A stretch of 64,000 bases of DNA, from contig NEEC01000011.1 of the NCBI GenBank assembly GCA_002189035.1, forward strand, positions 1,860,001 through 1,924,000, written 5' to 3'. The notes under the pieces are model-generated. The model was not told where the DNA came from and did no database searches. It saw only the letters and a list, made by a program, of their open reading frames with translations. This DNA is from Utricularia gibba (taxonomy: Eukaryota > Plantae > Magnoliophyta). The position numbers and the translations under genes were made by a program. Below, in pieces: positions 51,910 through 64,000 of the stretch. Within the stretch, counting starts at the first letter, position 1. Each line of letters opens with the position of its first letter.

Positions 51910-52579
51910 TCGCGTTACAGCCGTAGATAACTCGCCTCAGGTCCAATCATCCATCCTTCAAATCCACGGTGGACACCACATCGGCTTCTCCTCCCACCGC
52001 TGCAAATCCACCGGAGAACGACACAGTTACGCCCACGATCTTGAAAAGGACTCCCTAATTTCTCATCCTGGATTAGTAAGTGTGTTTTTACTGCAATAAC
52101 TGTTGAATTATCGAGGGAAATCTCAGTGTTTTGAATTGTCTGATTTTCCTTCATGGGCACGCTTAACTTTGGAGAAGGCATTTCTGGATTTTCTGAATTG
52201 GAGCTGGTTCCGTCAGTTGCTTCGGTGACTTGAATTACAAAGTCTGCCGCCGGTATGAAGTTCTTATTCAAAGTTGAAAGCTTTTATCGCATGCGCATTA
52301 GAAATTAAGGTAGTTCCTGTTTATTTTGGTAGTAGACTTAACTTGTTTGGTCTGAGCCGCTCTCTCTCAACTGGAATTCCTAGTAATCGCTGCTTATTTT
52401 TTCTGAGTTTTTACCATCAGACTACAACCAAGAGATTCTTGTTGTATGCTTGATGTTTTTGGCTCAGCAAGTTACGATCGGGTGCAAGCATATTCTGAAC
52501 TTGAGGAAATGGTTATTGGTTCATGTAATTGACAGGATGGTTGATGCGTCCTAGAAAGAAGTCCTAAAGGGTACCCATC

Positions 52580-55049
52580 ATGAGTAGTAGTGACGCTGAT
52601 AAATCCTCCAAGGAGGACAAAGAAGCAAACGATGCAAGAACTCCTACCTCACAGGCATTGTTTCTCATACGTTGATTTTTTTTTTTTTTCATGTTTTATT
52701 GCTTCAAGATCGAAAGGGTTTCGTATCATATTTTTGTAAATTCAGGAGCAGATACCCCCAGCTGCAGGAGCAACTCCTGCTGACTGGACAGGTTTTCAGG
52801 TTAACATTGGAAACGTGGCAAGAAAGTTCATTCATGTATTATGCATACGTTTAGTTATGCGTACCTTCTTGTTTTTCCTTAGGCTTACTCACCAATGCCT
52901 CCACATGGGTTCCTAGCTTCGAGTCCTCAAGCGCACCCGTACATGTGGGGAGTTCAGGTATGAACCTCTCTTTGTATTCTGAGTTTACTAAGCGTAACAT
53001 TTTGTGGTGATTCCTGGAAGTGCTGTGGTGTATTTGGTTATTGAAATAATATTAAGCCTATTTGCCTTTCACTGTAAGTATTTCATTATGTTCATATAGA
53101 ATCTCTTTTTTCAGGTTTTAGTTAGAAAAAAATAACCGTATGGCGTCGTTTACTTTATAATGCTAAAGAAATTTGACTTTCTTGGTCAAATCCAGTGAAT
53201 TTAATTTATCCTGGTTCATTTCAGTGAGAACATTATTTCAGCAGGAATCCCCAACTTATTACCAGTTTCCTTTGTTTTCAATTCACCTTTTCTTGTTTGC
53301 AGCAATTTATTCCACCCTATGGTCCTCCTCCACATCCATATGTTGCCATGTATCCCCATGGAGGCCTTTATGCACACCCAACAATGACTCCGGTACTTAT
53401 TTGTTTATGTTTCTGATTGATCATCCTCCTGTCAAGAATTTGTATTCTACTTATTCATATTTAAATTTGTTCAGGGGACCTACCCTTTTAGCCCATTTGG
53501 TGTCCCTTCACCTAATGGTATTGCAGAAGCCTCTGTGAGTAGTCCTTATTGTCATATTTTTCTTTTTATGGTTCCCTTATTTCCTTCTTAACTACAAAGA
53601 TTGAAGTTTCTAATCTGCCCCCTGATTGTATGTGAAGGGCATGGCTCCTACTGTTGAAGTGGGTGGCAAGTCACCTGAGGGCAAGGGGAAGTTGTCCATT
53701 AAAAGATCCAGGGGAAGTTTGGGGAGTCTCAATATGATAACTGGGAAGAAAAATGAGCGTGGAAATGAATCAGGAGCTGCAGCCAATGGTGCTCATTCTA
53801 AAAGGTAAGGGGCCCTCGAGTGAAAGGGCTTTTTAAGTTATTGATGCATCAAATATACCCATCTCATATTGGGGTCTCAAATTCCTTTTACTCAACTGAT
53901 GTGTGCCCAATTTTTCAGTGATGAGAGTGCAAGTGAAGGTTCAAGCGACGGGAGTGAAGCAAATTCCCAACATGTAAGATTTGCTTATAAAGGCAGTGGG
54001 TTGCATATCTTTTACTATGTGTCTCGCAAAAGTGAAAATAAGAACCCCTCTCCGTTACATTTTCAAGTAGAACTCATAATTCTTTTGAAAATAAGATACT
54101 TCTTAGGCAGTTCCATCCGTGATGTATTTCGTCTGATTTGGTTTCCAGGAGTCCCAAGTGAAGTCCTCAGATCAACCAGACTCAGGTGCTTCTTAAAGAG
54201 TTGCCCTTATGCCTGCACTCTAGGTTGGCCTTCAGTCTTGTGTAATAACCAACTTGTATTTCGTGGCAGCAGCAGCAGAAGAGCCGTCTCAGAATGGTGC
54301 GGCCTCTCAAAATGGCGGATCTAGTGGCCCTCATGTTATGATGGCTCAAAATGTTCCCATTGTGCCTGTTCCTGCAGTCGGGGCTGTTAGTGGCATTCCT
54401 GGCCCACCAACCAACTTGAATATTGGAATTGATTACTGGGCCACCGCACCTGCAGTGCACGGAAAGGTTCCTGGTGCAGCAGTAACCGGAGGAGTGGTTG
54501 CTCCTGGCACACGTGATGGTATCCAATCACAGATGTGGATTCAGGTTTCTTTTCTTTTCTTTACCCAAACCTGTTGAAGTCTTTGTAAAGGAATTGGAAA
54601 CTGCAGCTCGGTGTATACGTGAATGTGCTTGGTTTGCCTGAAATGCAGGATGAAAGGGAGCTCAAAAGACAGAGAAGAAAGCAATCCAACAGAGAATCCG
54701 CACGGAGGTCAAGACTGCGTAAGCAAGTATGTACGCCTCACATCTGCATCATTTCAAGTGCAAGTATAGCATCCTGAAACTGTCGCATTGCATTGCAATC
54801 CAGGCAGAATGTGATGAACTCGCCCAACGAGCTGAAGCACTAAAAGAAGAAAATATGTCTCTCAGGGCCGAGATAACTCGCTTAAAGAGTGAGTACGAGC
54901 AGCTTCTGTCTCAGAATGCTTCCCTCAAGGTACACCATGACTGCTTGCTTAGCTTCTTTCTACCACCCACCCTGATATACCATTGGCAGGAGAGACTCGG
55001 TGAGCTTCCTGAGCATGAACGGAGCCAGGAGGAAGGCGAGGGCCAGTGA
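52580..55049 (+). CDS. Group G bZIP (G-box binding factor, bZIP16/68-like)
   Basis: [79 protein letters not shown]; GC-AG intron 52655-52745. Confidence 0.93.
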
Positions 55050-55432
55050 AGCTGGCCACCACCATCTGATTGATAAGCATCTCCCCCACTGGTTAGTTTG
55101 ACCTTCTGCCCAACTCCTAACAGGGAACCCCATATTTCTGCATACTGCTGCTGTTGCTTCCTCCCCATCGTCCATATCTATCTGCCCCACTTTCCCATCT
55201 TTTTCTAGTTGTGACAAAGTGTGTGATGTAATCTTGTAACAAGCTATATGCTGATCATTCTCCATCCGTTGAAGCTATAACCCCATTATCCCCCCAACCA
55301 GAAGCTGAGTTTCTTGAAAACCCTAGACATGAGTGCTTCCATAGCTTCAGTTCTTGTGAGCAGAGACACAGGTGCTGCTCCTTCTTCAGTTGTAGTCCTT
55401 GACCAGAATCCTGGAGATGCAAAACCAGCAAA

Positions 55433-55468
55433 GGATGCGGATGCGAATGCGAATGCGAATGCGAATGC
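55433..55468. repeat. Hexanucleotide SSR (ATGCGR)n
   Basis: GGATGC x2 followed by GAATGC x4. Confidence 0.85.
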
Positions 55469-56345
55469 TCGTCCCATCTGCCAAAATATAAAGCTGTAGT
55501 AGAAATCCGTCAAAACCCTTTTGGATGGTTTTGATGGTGGAAATTGAATATATTAAAATTATATTTTAATAAGAATGTGTAAATGAGATAGTATGTTTGA
55601 TGGATAAATTATAAATAAGATGTAAAATATTTTATTTATATGAAAAAATAATTATTTTTGATTATTTTGTAATATAAATAAAAAATAATTAGAGGATAAA
55701 AATATCAAATAAATGCATGTAAACCCTATTTTTTAAAGAATTTACGTATTCCATAATTTAGGAAGATATCTCAATCCAAATCTTGTATAAATAGATATTT
55801 TAATATATCTATTAACATATCTTTCATTAATTTTTAATAGGGTTTGAGTATATTATCTTTTTGATAAAATATATTTATTTGAGTTACTCTTTATTTATTC
55901 ATTTACTATTTTACTTATATTAATACATATAGAATAATCTAAAATAGTTATTAAAATCATAAATATAAGTGACAGAAAAAAATTGTAAGTTTCATTTATT
56001 TTAACAGAGATTGATTATATATATATATATATTTGACAAAATGTATTTATTTTAATTACTCTTTATTTATTCAAGTAATAAGAGTCTTAATGAATATTCC
56101 CTTTCATTTTGTGAGAATTTTCAGGATATTCCAATCTAGAATTTTTCTAAAAAAATATACTATTTTCTAAAAATAATGTTAGTTTTTGTATAAGAAAAGG
56201 ATCGTGTCGGGAAAGAGATATTTTTGTTGGAAGCCTGGCGGAATAGAAGGCTTAGGCCCACTTGGATATTTGACCTTTTCCTTCCATCTTATCCTCTTCT
56301 AAATACGCAGCGCCAAACTCTCAAAATTCACTTGAAAAATATCTC

Positions 56346-57475
56346 ATGGACGCCGGTCTCTGCCCAGCCGCTCTCAAGCATTGCTTCCCTTTTCCCTCCT
56401 CCTCCACTCCCAATCCCACTCCCTGTCGTCGGATCCTCCCATCGCGGCCCTCGATTTTGGTGGCCTCCGGTGCTTCCAGGGACGCCGATCCTTGCCTTCT
56501 CGCCCCTCTCGAGCCACGATCCCCCGCCGGGAAGCTTCTGAATCGGGTCCTTTTAGATGATCGGAAGAGTCTTCCCCTCGCCGCTGGCAAGGAACTGTCG
56601 CGCATCGCACTACGGAGGGAGGACGCGGCCTCGATGAAGACGGGTCTCAGTCTCACCTCTGCCGACGAAGCGTTTCTATACAGGTTTGGCCTCCGTATCC
56701 TTTGTAGAAATCTTAGAATTGGTTCACCGAGACACCGATTTCACGCAGGCGAATCGCGCAAATGAAGGAGGAGGAATGCAGAATTGAAGTGGAGGACGTA
56801 ATCTACGCCCTCATACTCCACAAATTCGTGGAAATGAGAGTCCATTTGGTCCCTCGTCTCTCCCAATGCCTATGCAACAATAGATTAGAAATCTGGCCTC
56901 GCCATGACTGGGAACTGGAATCCATCCACAGCATCGAAGTTCTCGAAATGGTGAGAGAGCACGTGAACTCAACCCCCGGCTACAGAGCAGACTGCAGCAT
57001 CAGAGAAAGTTGGAGCACAACACAAATCCAACGAGCCCACCTCCGCAATCTCTACAACGCCTCCATTTTCTACGGCTACTTCCTCAAATCAGCTTCCGTG
57101 AGACACACCCTGGAATCAAATCTGATCACAAAAGCCAGCTACCACCATCTCCTTCCCCTGCTATCGAATTGCATTGGGCTTCTGGGCGGAGGCGACAAGG
57201 ACACCAGCCTTAAAGGGTATGTGATGGGACTGAAGCAGGAAACAGTGGAGGTCTGCGGGAAGGTGAGATCGAGGGAAGCGGTGGATGTGGTCGGCCGGCA
57301 CTGCTGCGCCCTGTTCGGGGAGAGCAACAAGGACTGTGGGGTGGTGGCGACTTCCTTTGCGAGCGTGAAGAGGCTGCTTCTTGAAGCGGTTGCCTTCGGG
57401 TGCTTTCTCTGGGACGCAGAGACGTGTGTGGACTCTGTGTATCCCCTTGAGGATAGCATCCCACTCTCTTCTTAG
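56346..57475 (+). CDS. DUF760 / UV-B-induced At3g17800-like plastid protein, 2 exons
   Basis: LLAPLEPRSPAG, LYRRIAQMKE, VEDVIYALI, WELESIHSIEVLEMVREH, YNASIFYGYFLK, LLEAVAFGCFLWDAE; intron 56684-56748. Confidence 0.85.
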
Positions 57476-59112
57476 ACTTTTGTAATTTTCATCTCATTAT
57501 TTGTGAATACCTGTGATTAAATATATAATTTTAAAATATATTATCTAATGATTAAATATAATTAAAAAAATTAAAAAATTAAAAAATAAAAGATACATAT
57601 ATCATTTTAAGATTATATATACAAATATCAATATTTCATCTAAGATTTATATATACCTATATATGAACATATTATGTAAATATATTTATTCGAGTATAAT
57701 TATATCTACAAACCAAAGAATCTCAAATTTCATTATTCTTGGATATTATCCAAAGCCCACTTAATTTCATGACCTTTTTTTATAAGTAGGTATTAAATTA
57801 GTTTACGATACACTTAATAAAATGGTATTATTTGACATGTAAGTATAATTATATTCATATAAATACATTTATATGATATGTTCATATATTTTATATACAT
57901 ATATATATGTCTTTATTTTTTAATTATATAATTATATCTAATCATTCTATTTACTTTATTTTTACAATGATAAAAATTATGATAATTGTAAAGCAATATA
58001 TTATGTATAAAAAAATATTCATGATCATCTAATATTCAAAGAAATATGAAAAAGTATAAAAATGGAGATGTAAGATTGAAATAAAGATGAATCATATGTA
58101 TCAAATCATGTATGTGCAAGATTAGAAAATGACAAAATGATATTAAATTCATAGGGACAAGATTGTACTTTATTATAAATTCAATAATACAAATCTAAAT
58201 AACAAAACCATAATTAATGCATTAATCAAATAAATTAAATCTATATACCAAACATTATTTTATATATAAATCCATATATTTGAGGTTTATTTACACTCAA
58301 ATAATTTAAACCCATGAAAATCGAAGTCATATAACAAAATGAGATCCAAGGATTCGTTTGTAGCAGATGGTAAATTTGGATGTGGTTGAAGAGGTTTTAA
58401 GTAAAATAAGATTTTTGAATGGAACAAATAAAGATATATTTGTTAGATGTTTTTAAAAAATATTGATAAATTATATATTAATTGTGTAAATGCATGAAAT
58501 GACAAATCATATCCTCCAATATCATTTATTTCTGAGATCAAGTGAAGGATGAGAAAAAAAAAAGATCTGGCTTAGTAAATAAACATATGATGAGGGGTAT
58601 TTATGTAACTTGATATTTAGTTTGAATGTTAAAATAGTTGAGAGAATGTACAAGCCCACCCACCTCAACTAAAAAAAGAAAATATTATTTTATGTAAAAT
58701 CAAAATTATTTTAATCGTAAAATATATTATCAAATAAGATTTATTTAAATCGCTTATTATTAATAAAGTAATTATTTTATTTTATTTGAAACCCTAATGT
58801 GATGGGTAGTTAACCGCCAATTTTGTCCGTTGGGTGGTAAGGAACGAACACGTGGCGAAAGAGGGGAGAGAGAGAGACATGAAATCGTACGGTCTGAGAA
58901 GGTTAAGCGGGAACCGTTTTTCTTGCAATGCAACCGACCACTCGCGCCATTTCCTTCCGACATAAAACAACGGATGCAAGGAAGGCCTCTCCCGCTCTCT
59001 CTCTTCGTCTGGTTGCATTCGTGGGATTGATTGGATGTAAGCGCTGCCTGTGCGAACGACGCAAATAGGAGGGAACCATCCGAGGAAGGAGTAATCGCCT
59101 TTTAGGGAAGGA

Positions 59113-62100
59113 ATGGAGGCGAAGCATCATATGCTGGTGTCTGCTTTGGGGGTGGGAATCGGAGTCGGAGTCGGGGTGGGAATGGGTATTGGATTGGCGT
59201 CAAGAAATCAGACCAGTGGCGCGTTGGAGGGAGCATCTCCTGAGGCTCTGGAGCAGGAGATGTTGAGGCTTGTCATCGATGGGAAAAGGGGTGAAGTTAC
59301 ATTCGATCAATTTCCCTATTACATAAGGTGCCGATGTTGATTCCAAGTTCCAAGATTTTGTTTGGACAAAATCTCAATCTCGTCTTTCAATTTTTGCTTC
59401 TATAGCCAGCAGACAAGGGTGCTGTTAACAAGTACGGCTTTCCTTCATTTGAAGAAATCTGAATTGGGTAGTCGCCACGCCCGGAATCTTTCTCCGGCCA
59501 GTCAGATAATTTTACTCTCAGGCCCCAGTGGTAACTTTGGGTTTTCTTATCATAGATCCTTCCTTTAATGTCGAAGTATGGATTGGGAACGCAAGAAACC
59601 AATGCATAAAACAGTAAATCACATTAAAAGGAATTGAATTCAACTCAGACATTAGTTACTCCATCTCCACTACTGCTATGGGTTTTATTTCCTAATCATC
59701 ATGTCTAACATTTTTATGATTTACAGAAGTCTACCATCAAATGCTTGCTAAGGCTTTAGCCCATTTTCTGGATGCAAAGTTGCTCTTGTTAGATGTCACT
59801 GATTTCTCCTTGAAGGTAACTAACTAACGAATGCTGTTGTGAAAAAAACCTGTTAATCCTCCCTTCTAAGTCTCCATGTCTTGTTTACAACAGATTCAAG
59901 CGAAATATGGACTTTCTAAGGATAAGGTAAGTTATCCTCTCAACTTTCATCATCAAATAACTTCGACTCTTTTGCAACTTGTTATGTTTTGTTTTTTTGT
60001 CTTTCTGTGAAGTCTTTCAAAAGGTCTACATCAGAAACTACACTTGCACGAATGTCAGAGCTAATTGGATCATTTTCTGCTCTCCAGACACTAAGAAGCC
60101 ATGGAAAAGGTATCTGTAACACAGAACGTGCAAAATTCATTTCAAACCAGTATCTCATATCAGCATTCAGTTTGCATTCGAAGCATTCATTTCCATTTTT
60201 TTTTCTTTTTGTAGCATGTACATTGCATACCTCTGGTAGTGACATCGATCTAGTCTCAAGGTGAGCATCATCTTTCTGCATGTTCAGACATCATGTTGAG
60301 CTGATTAACATCACGGCACACTCCTCCAACAGGGAACGAGAAGGTCCTAATCCAGCAAAGATGAGAAGAAATGTGTCAGCTTCAGCAAACATGAACAATC
60401 TTGCTTCATTGAGCAACAAAACTGCTGTTTCAGGTTGTTATTTAGTGAATTACTATATGTGGTTCCTAGCAATCGAATTGATATCCTTGTATTATCTGTG
60501 AGTTGTTTCTGTTGCTACATTTAGGTTCACGTAGCTGCTGGTGCTTTGATGATAAGCTTTTCATTGAGACCATTTACAAGGTGTCATGCTTTGCAAGAGC
60601 ATTCATTTTCATGTCTAAACAAGCTCCAACAGATGATATTCTGAAAATCATGTAACAGGTTCTTTCCAAAGTATCAAAAGATAGTCCTGCTATCCTCTAC
60701 CTTAGAGATGTAGAGAAAATATTCTGCAAATCACAGAGGATAAATACTTTGTTCATGAAAATGTCAAAGAAACTCTCTGGATCGATACTGATCCTCGGAT
60801 CGAGGATCATTGACTCCAAAAATGATTACAGATTAGTAGATGAGAGGATTTCATCAATATTTTCTTACAACATTGAGATCAGACACCCTGAGGATGAAGA
60901 TGATTGCAGTCATATAAAAAACTGGAGGTCTCAACTGGAAGATGACAAGAAGATGATTCAGTATCAAGACAACAAGAATCACATTATTGAGGTGCTGTCA
61001 GCCAATGATCTTGATTGTGATGATCTTGGATCCATCTCTTTTTCTGATACAAATGTGATAAGCAACTACATTGAAGAGATAGTGACAGCAGCCATTTCTT
61101 ATCATCTGATGACTGTGAAGGAACCTCTGTACAGAAATGGAAAACTTGTTATATCCTCAACAAGGTAGGTTCCTACAGCACCAGATTTTCTAACTTTTTC
61201 CCTATAGAATTTTCTGACTTACCATATGCTTCTTGCTTTGAATATAGCCTTTCCCATGGATTCAGCATTTTTGAGAAGGGTAAATCTAATGGTAACGACA
61301 AGATAAAGCTAGAAGCACAGGTATGTAATTATTTTCCAGAGTAACTTTAGACGGTAGAATGCAAATTTATGCCATCAGGTGAATTTAGGCTGGAGAAGGA
61401 GACACTGCAATAACTGAAGAAAAAGCTGAAGCCACCGTTGCAACTGTAACCAAGCCTGATCTCCCACCAGCTGCTTCAAAACCTCTTGTAAGGCTTATTT
61501 TTCAAGTATAGTAGTCGTGAAAGAACTCTATTACTTATCTTTGGCATCCTCATTCTTCCATTTCTCAAGGGGGTTCAACCTGAAAATGAATTTGAAAAAC
61601 ACATCATGCCTGAAGTCATACCAGCAAGTGAAATTGGTGTGACTTTCGAAGACATCGGTGCACTTGATGATATTAAAGAGTCACTTCAAGAGTTAGTGAT
61701 GCTGCCTCTTAAGAGACCGGATCTTTTCGATGGTGGCCTTCTGAAACCATGCAGAGGAATACTATTGTTTGGGCCTCCTGGTACTGGGAAGACTATGCTT
61801 GCCAAGGCTCTAGCCAATGAAGCAGGCTCAAGCTTCATTAATGTTTCCATGTCGACAATCAGCTCTAAGTGGTTTGGTGAAGATGAGAAGAACGTCCGGG
61901 CTTTGTTCACCCTTGCAGCCAAGGTATCTCCCACTATCATTTTTGTTGATGAAGTTGACAGCATGCTCGGGCAGAGGAATAGAGCAGGGGAGCATGAGGC
62001 TATGCGGAAGATAAAGAATGAGTTCATGACTCACTGGGATGGTTTGAGGACTAAACCTGGCGAAAGAATTCTTGTTCTTGCTGCTACCAATAGACCATTT

Positions 62101-62901
62101 GATCTCGACGAAGCAATCATCCGGCGCTTTGAGAGGAGGTACTAAATAGAACATAGTATTGCATTTGTCATCATCAACTCGCCTTTTAGAAACAGAACCA
62201 TCACCATACTAGTTTTTTTCTCAAAAGCAGAATAATGGTCGGCCTGCCATCAAGTGAAAACAGAGAGAAGATCTTTAGGACTCTGTTGGCCAAGGAAAAA
62301 GTTGATGACAGCCTAAATTTCATGGAGCTTGCATCTCTGACAGAAGGATATAGTGGGAGTGACATTAAGGTTTTGGGACTTCCAGTATACTCCTCTAGAG
62401 CACAATGCATTTTATTTTGTCTTTAAACGAAGTGTTTCAAACAGAACTTATGTACAACGGCTGCTTACCGGCCTGTTCGAGAGTTGATAAATCGTGAGAG
62501 GCTGAAGCATCTGGTAAATGATCAAACTAAAGTCTTCTGTATTTTCTCTTCTTTTTTGTGATTTCCTATCCCCTTGTTCCATGGCCATAACACCAGCAGC
62601 AGGATAAAAATGAAGGGAGCCAATTGGGAACATCCACAACAACTGAAAGGGTGATCACAATTCGGCCTTTGACGATGGAAGATTTCAAGGTGGCTAAGAA
62701 TCAGGTAAATCATCAGTCAAAGTTATCTGGAAGCAAAGTTGATTGAATCAGTTGAAAATACTCGATGTGTCGTGATACCTGCATCAGGTGGCGGCTAGTT
62801 TTGCTGCGGAAGGTTCCATAATGTCTGAACTGAAACAGTGGAATGAAATGTATGGAGAAGGTGGCTCAAGGAAGAAAGAACAACTCTCGTACTTCCTATG
62901 A
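59113..62901 (+). CDS. AAA+ ATPase with N-terminal Gly-rich membrane anchor (At1g64110/At4g28000 family)
   Basis: [93 protein letters not shown]. Confidence 0.92.
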
Positions 62902-63229
62902 GGATTAGATGTTCCTCTCCTGAAACAAAGCGGTTTTCCTCTTCCTTTATACATTAAAGTCCACCAAGTTGTGTAGCACAGTGTGTGATCGATAGAGAAT
63001 ATATTGATGTGTAAGTGTTGATATTGATCAGTTGTATTTGCATTTGAAAGTGGGTAATGTTGTTGTTGTTCAAAAACAATGAACAATGCTCTTTAAAAAC
63101 CAAGAAATAGAAGCCCTTGCAGATTCAGTTCAACAAAGCAGCACACAACACAGACAGGTTCAAAAACAGACACCATAAACATAATTGGGAAGTCAGATGC
63201 CTGAGCTAACTTTCAACAAAACAGAGTAG

Positions 63230-64000
63230 TCACTTACAGCTTGTTGGCACTTGCATATCTGTTGTTGGATACTTCTGCTTCTGTTGCTCATATTTAGGGA
63301 TGTGCCTTATAGACACAGGGGTAATCCTTACCACCCTCTCGATTTTTGTATTGTTTGGTATGGAAAACCAGATTCCATCATCTCGTTCCATAGGGATTTC
63401 CATGGCCATTTTCATCCAGAAACATCCCTGGGCTAGAATGCTCTGGGCAGCAAACTAAGAGAGGGGGAGCATTTAGGAGTTCCTCATGCTGACGCCTCAC
63501 ATACATCTCAATGCTAATAACAAGGCAAAAGTGACTTCCTTTGTTTCTAATACTATTCTTTGCGTAAATATCAGGAATACGTTCTTGCACCATGCCATCA
63601 AAGCATCCTGGGAATGGGGATTCACCATTCGATCCATTTATCATGATCCACAAGCGAAAGGAAGCAGTCCGTAAAAAAAAATGCAGATGCATATGGATTA
63701 CATAGCCAGGGAAGCAAGAGAAGATTATCTTAATGTGGAACATTCCAAAGTGCTACAAAGCAATGGTGCACTGCTGAAAACTAGTTTCAGCCTTGACATA
63801 ATAATACAGGGGTGGGTGGTGGGAGGGGCATCCGCTTTACAGGTGAAAACTATACATGAACCTAACGTTCGGCACAATCAGAAACAAGATACAATTAAAA
63901 TGACAAGAAGAGCAGAGGAACTTGCCTAGATATCCACTAGCCAATGATTCAGGGCATCAAACAGCTGACCTCCAGAACTTATGTCGACTGCTATCAGGCC
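63230..64000 (-). CDS. 3' part of an unidentified spliced protein gene (runs off the window)
   Basis: Plausible exons join as GCFDGMVQERIPDIY...IEMY|FAAQSILAQGCFWMKMAMEIPMERDDGIWFSIP...KYEQQKQKYP with GT-AG junctions; family not recognised; upstream exon structure unresolved. Confidence 0.45.

Noticed and set aside
51915-52271. 118-aa minus-strand ORF
   Set aside because: Overlaps the bZIP 5' UTR in antisense; no recognisable motifs.
40555-60012. Several TGAAG| acceptor sites (UNC-13, ECT12, bZIP, AAA ATPase)
   Set aside because: AAG acceptors make up a few percent of plant introns, so four or five here is within expectation.

Overview
Eukaryotic, gene-dense angiosperm nuclear DNA with short introns (mostly 60-110 nt) and very AT-rich intergenic blocks. 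It holds 14 recognisable spliced protein genes: cyclin A1, RFC4, NRAMP5-like, SKU5, HOP, plastid EF-G, CER1, MATE/DTX56, an UNC-13/DUF810 protein, a YTH/ECT12-like protein, PGRL1, a group-G bZIP, a DUF760 protein and an AAA+ ATPase. The 3' end of an unidentified gene lies at the right edge. Gene identities come from manual splicing and remembered family motifs, not database searches. I found no tRNA, rRNA or CRISPR array, and nothing I can defend as a new biological system. The most unusual structure is a 651-bp non-autonomous hAT-like element (8-bp TSD, short TIRs) whose core is an array of about seven 56-bp dyad-containing units. It sits between head-to-head cyclin A1 (MSA motifs) and RFC4 (E2F motif). 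Other points: four clear GC-AG introns; three apparent frameshifts, all single-base losses in G/C homopolymers (probably assembly errors); a clean Tourist MITE upstream of PGRL1; several unexplained islands and small ORFs; and candidate regulatory switches (in-frame 60-nt intron, NLS-removing intron retention, uORFs).
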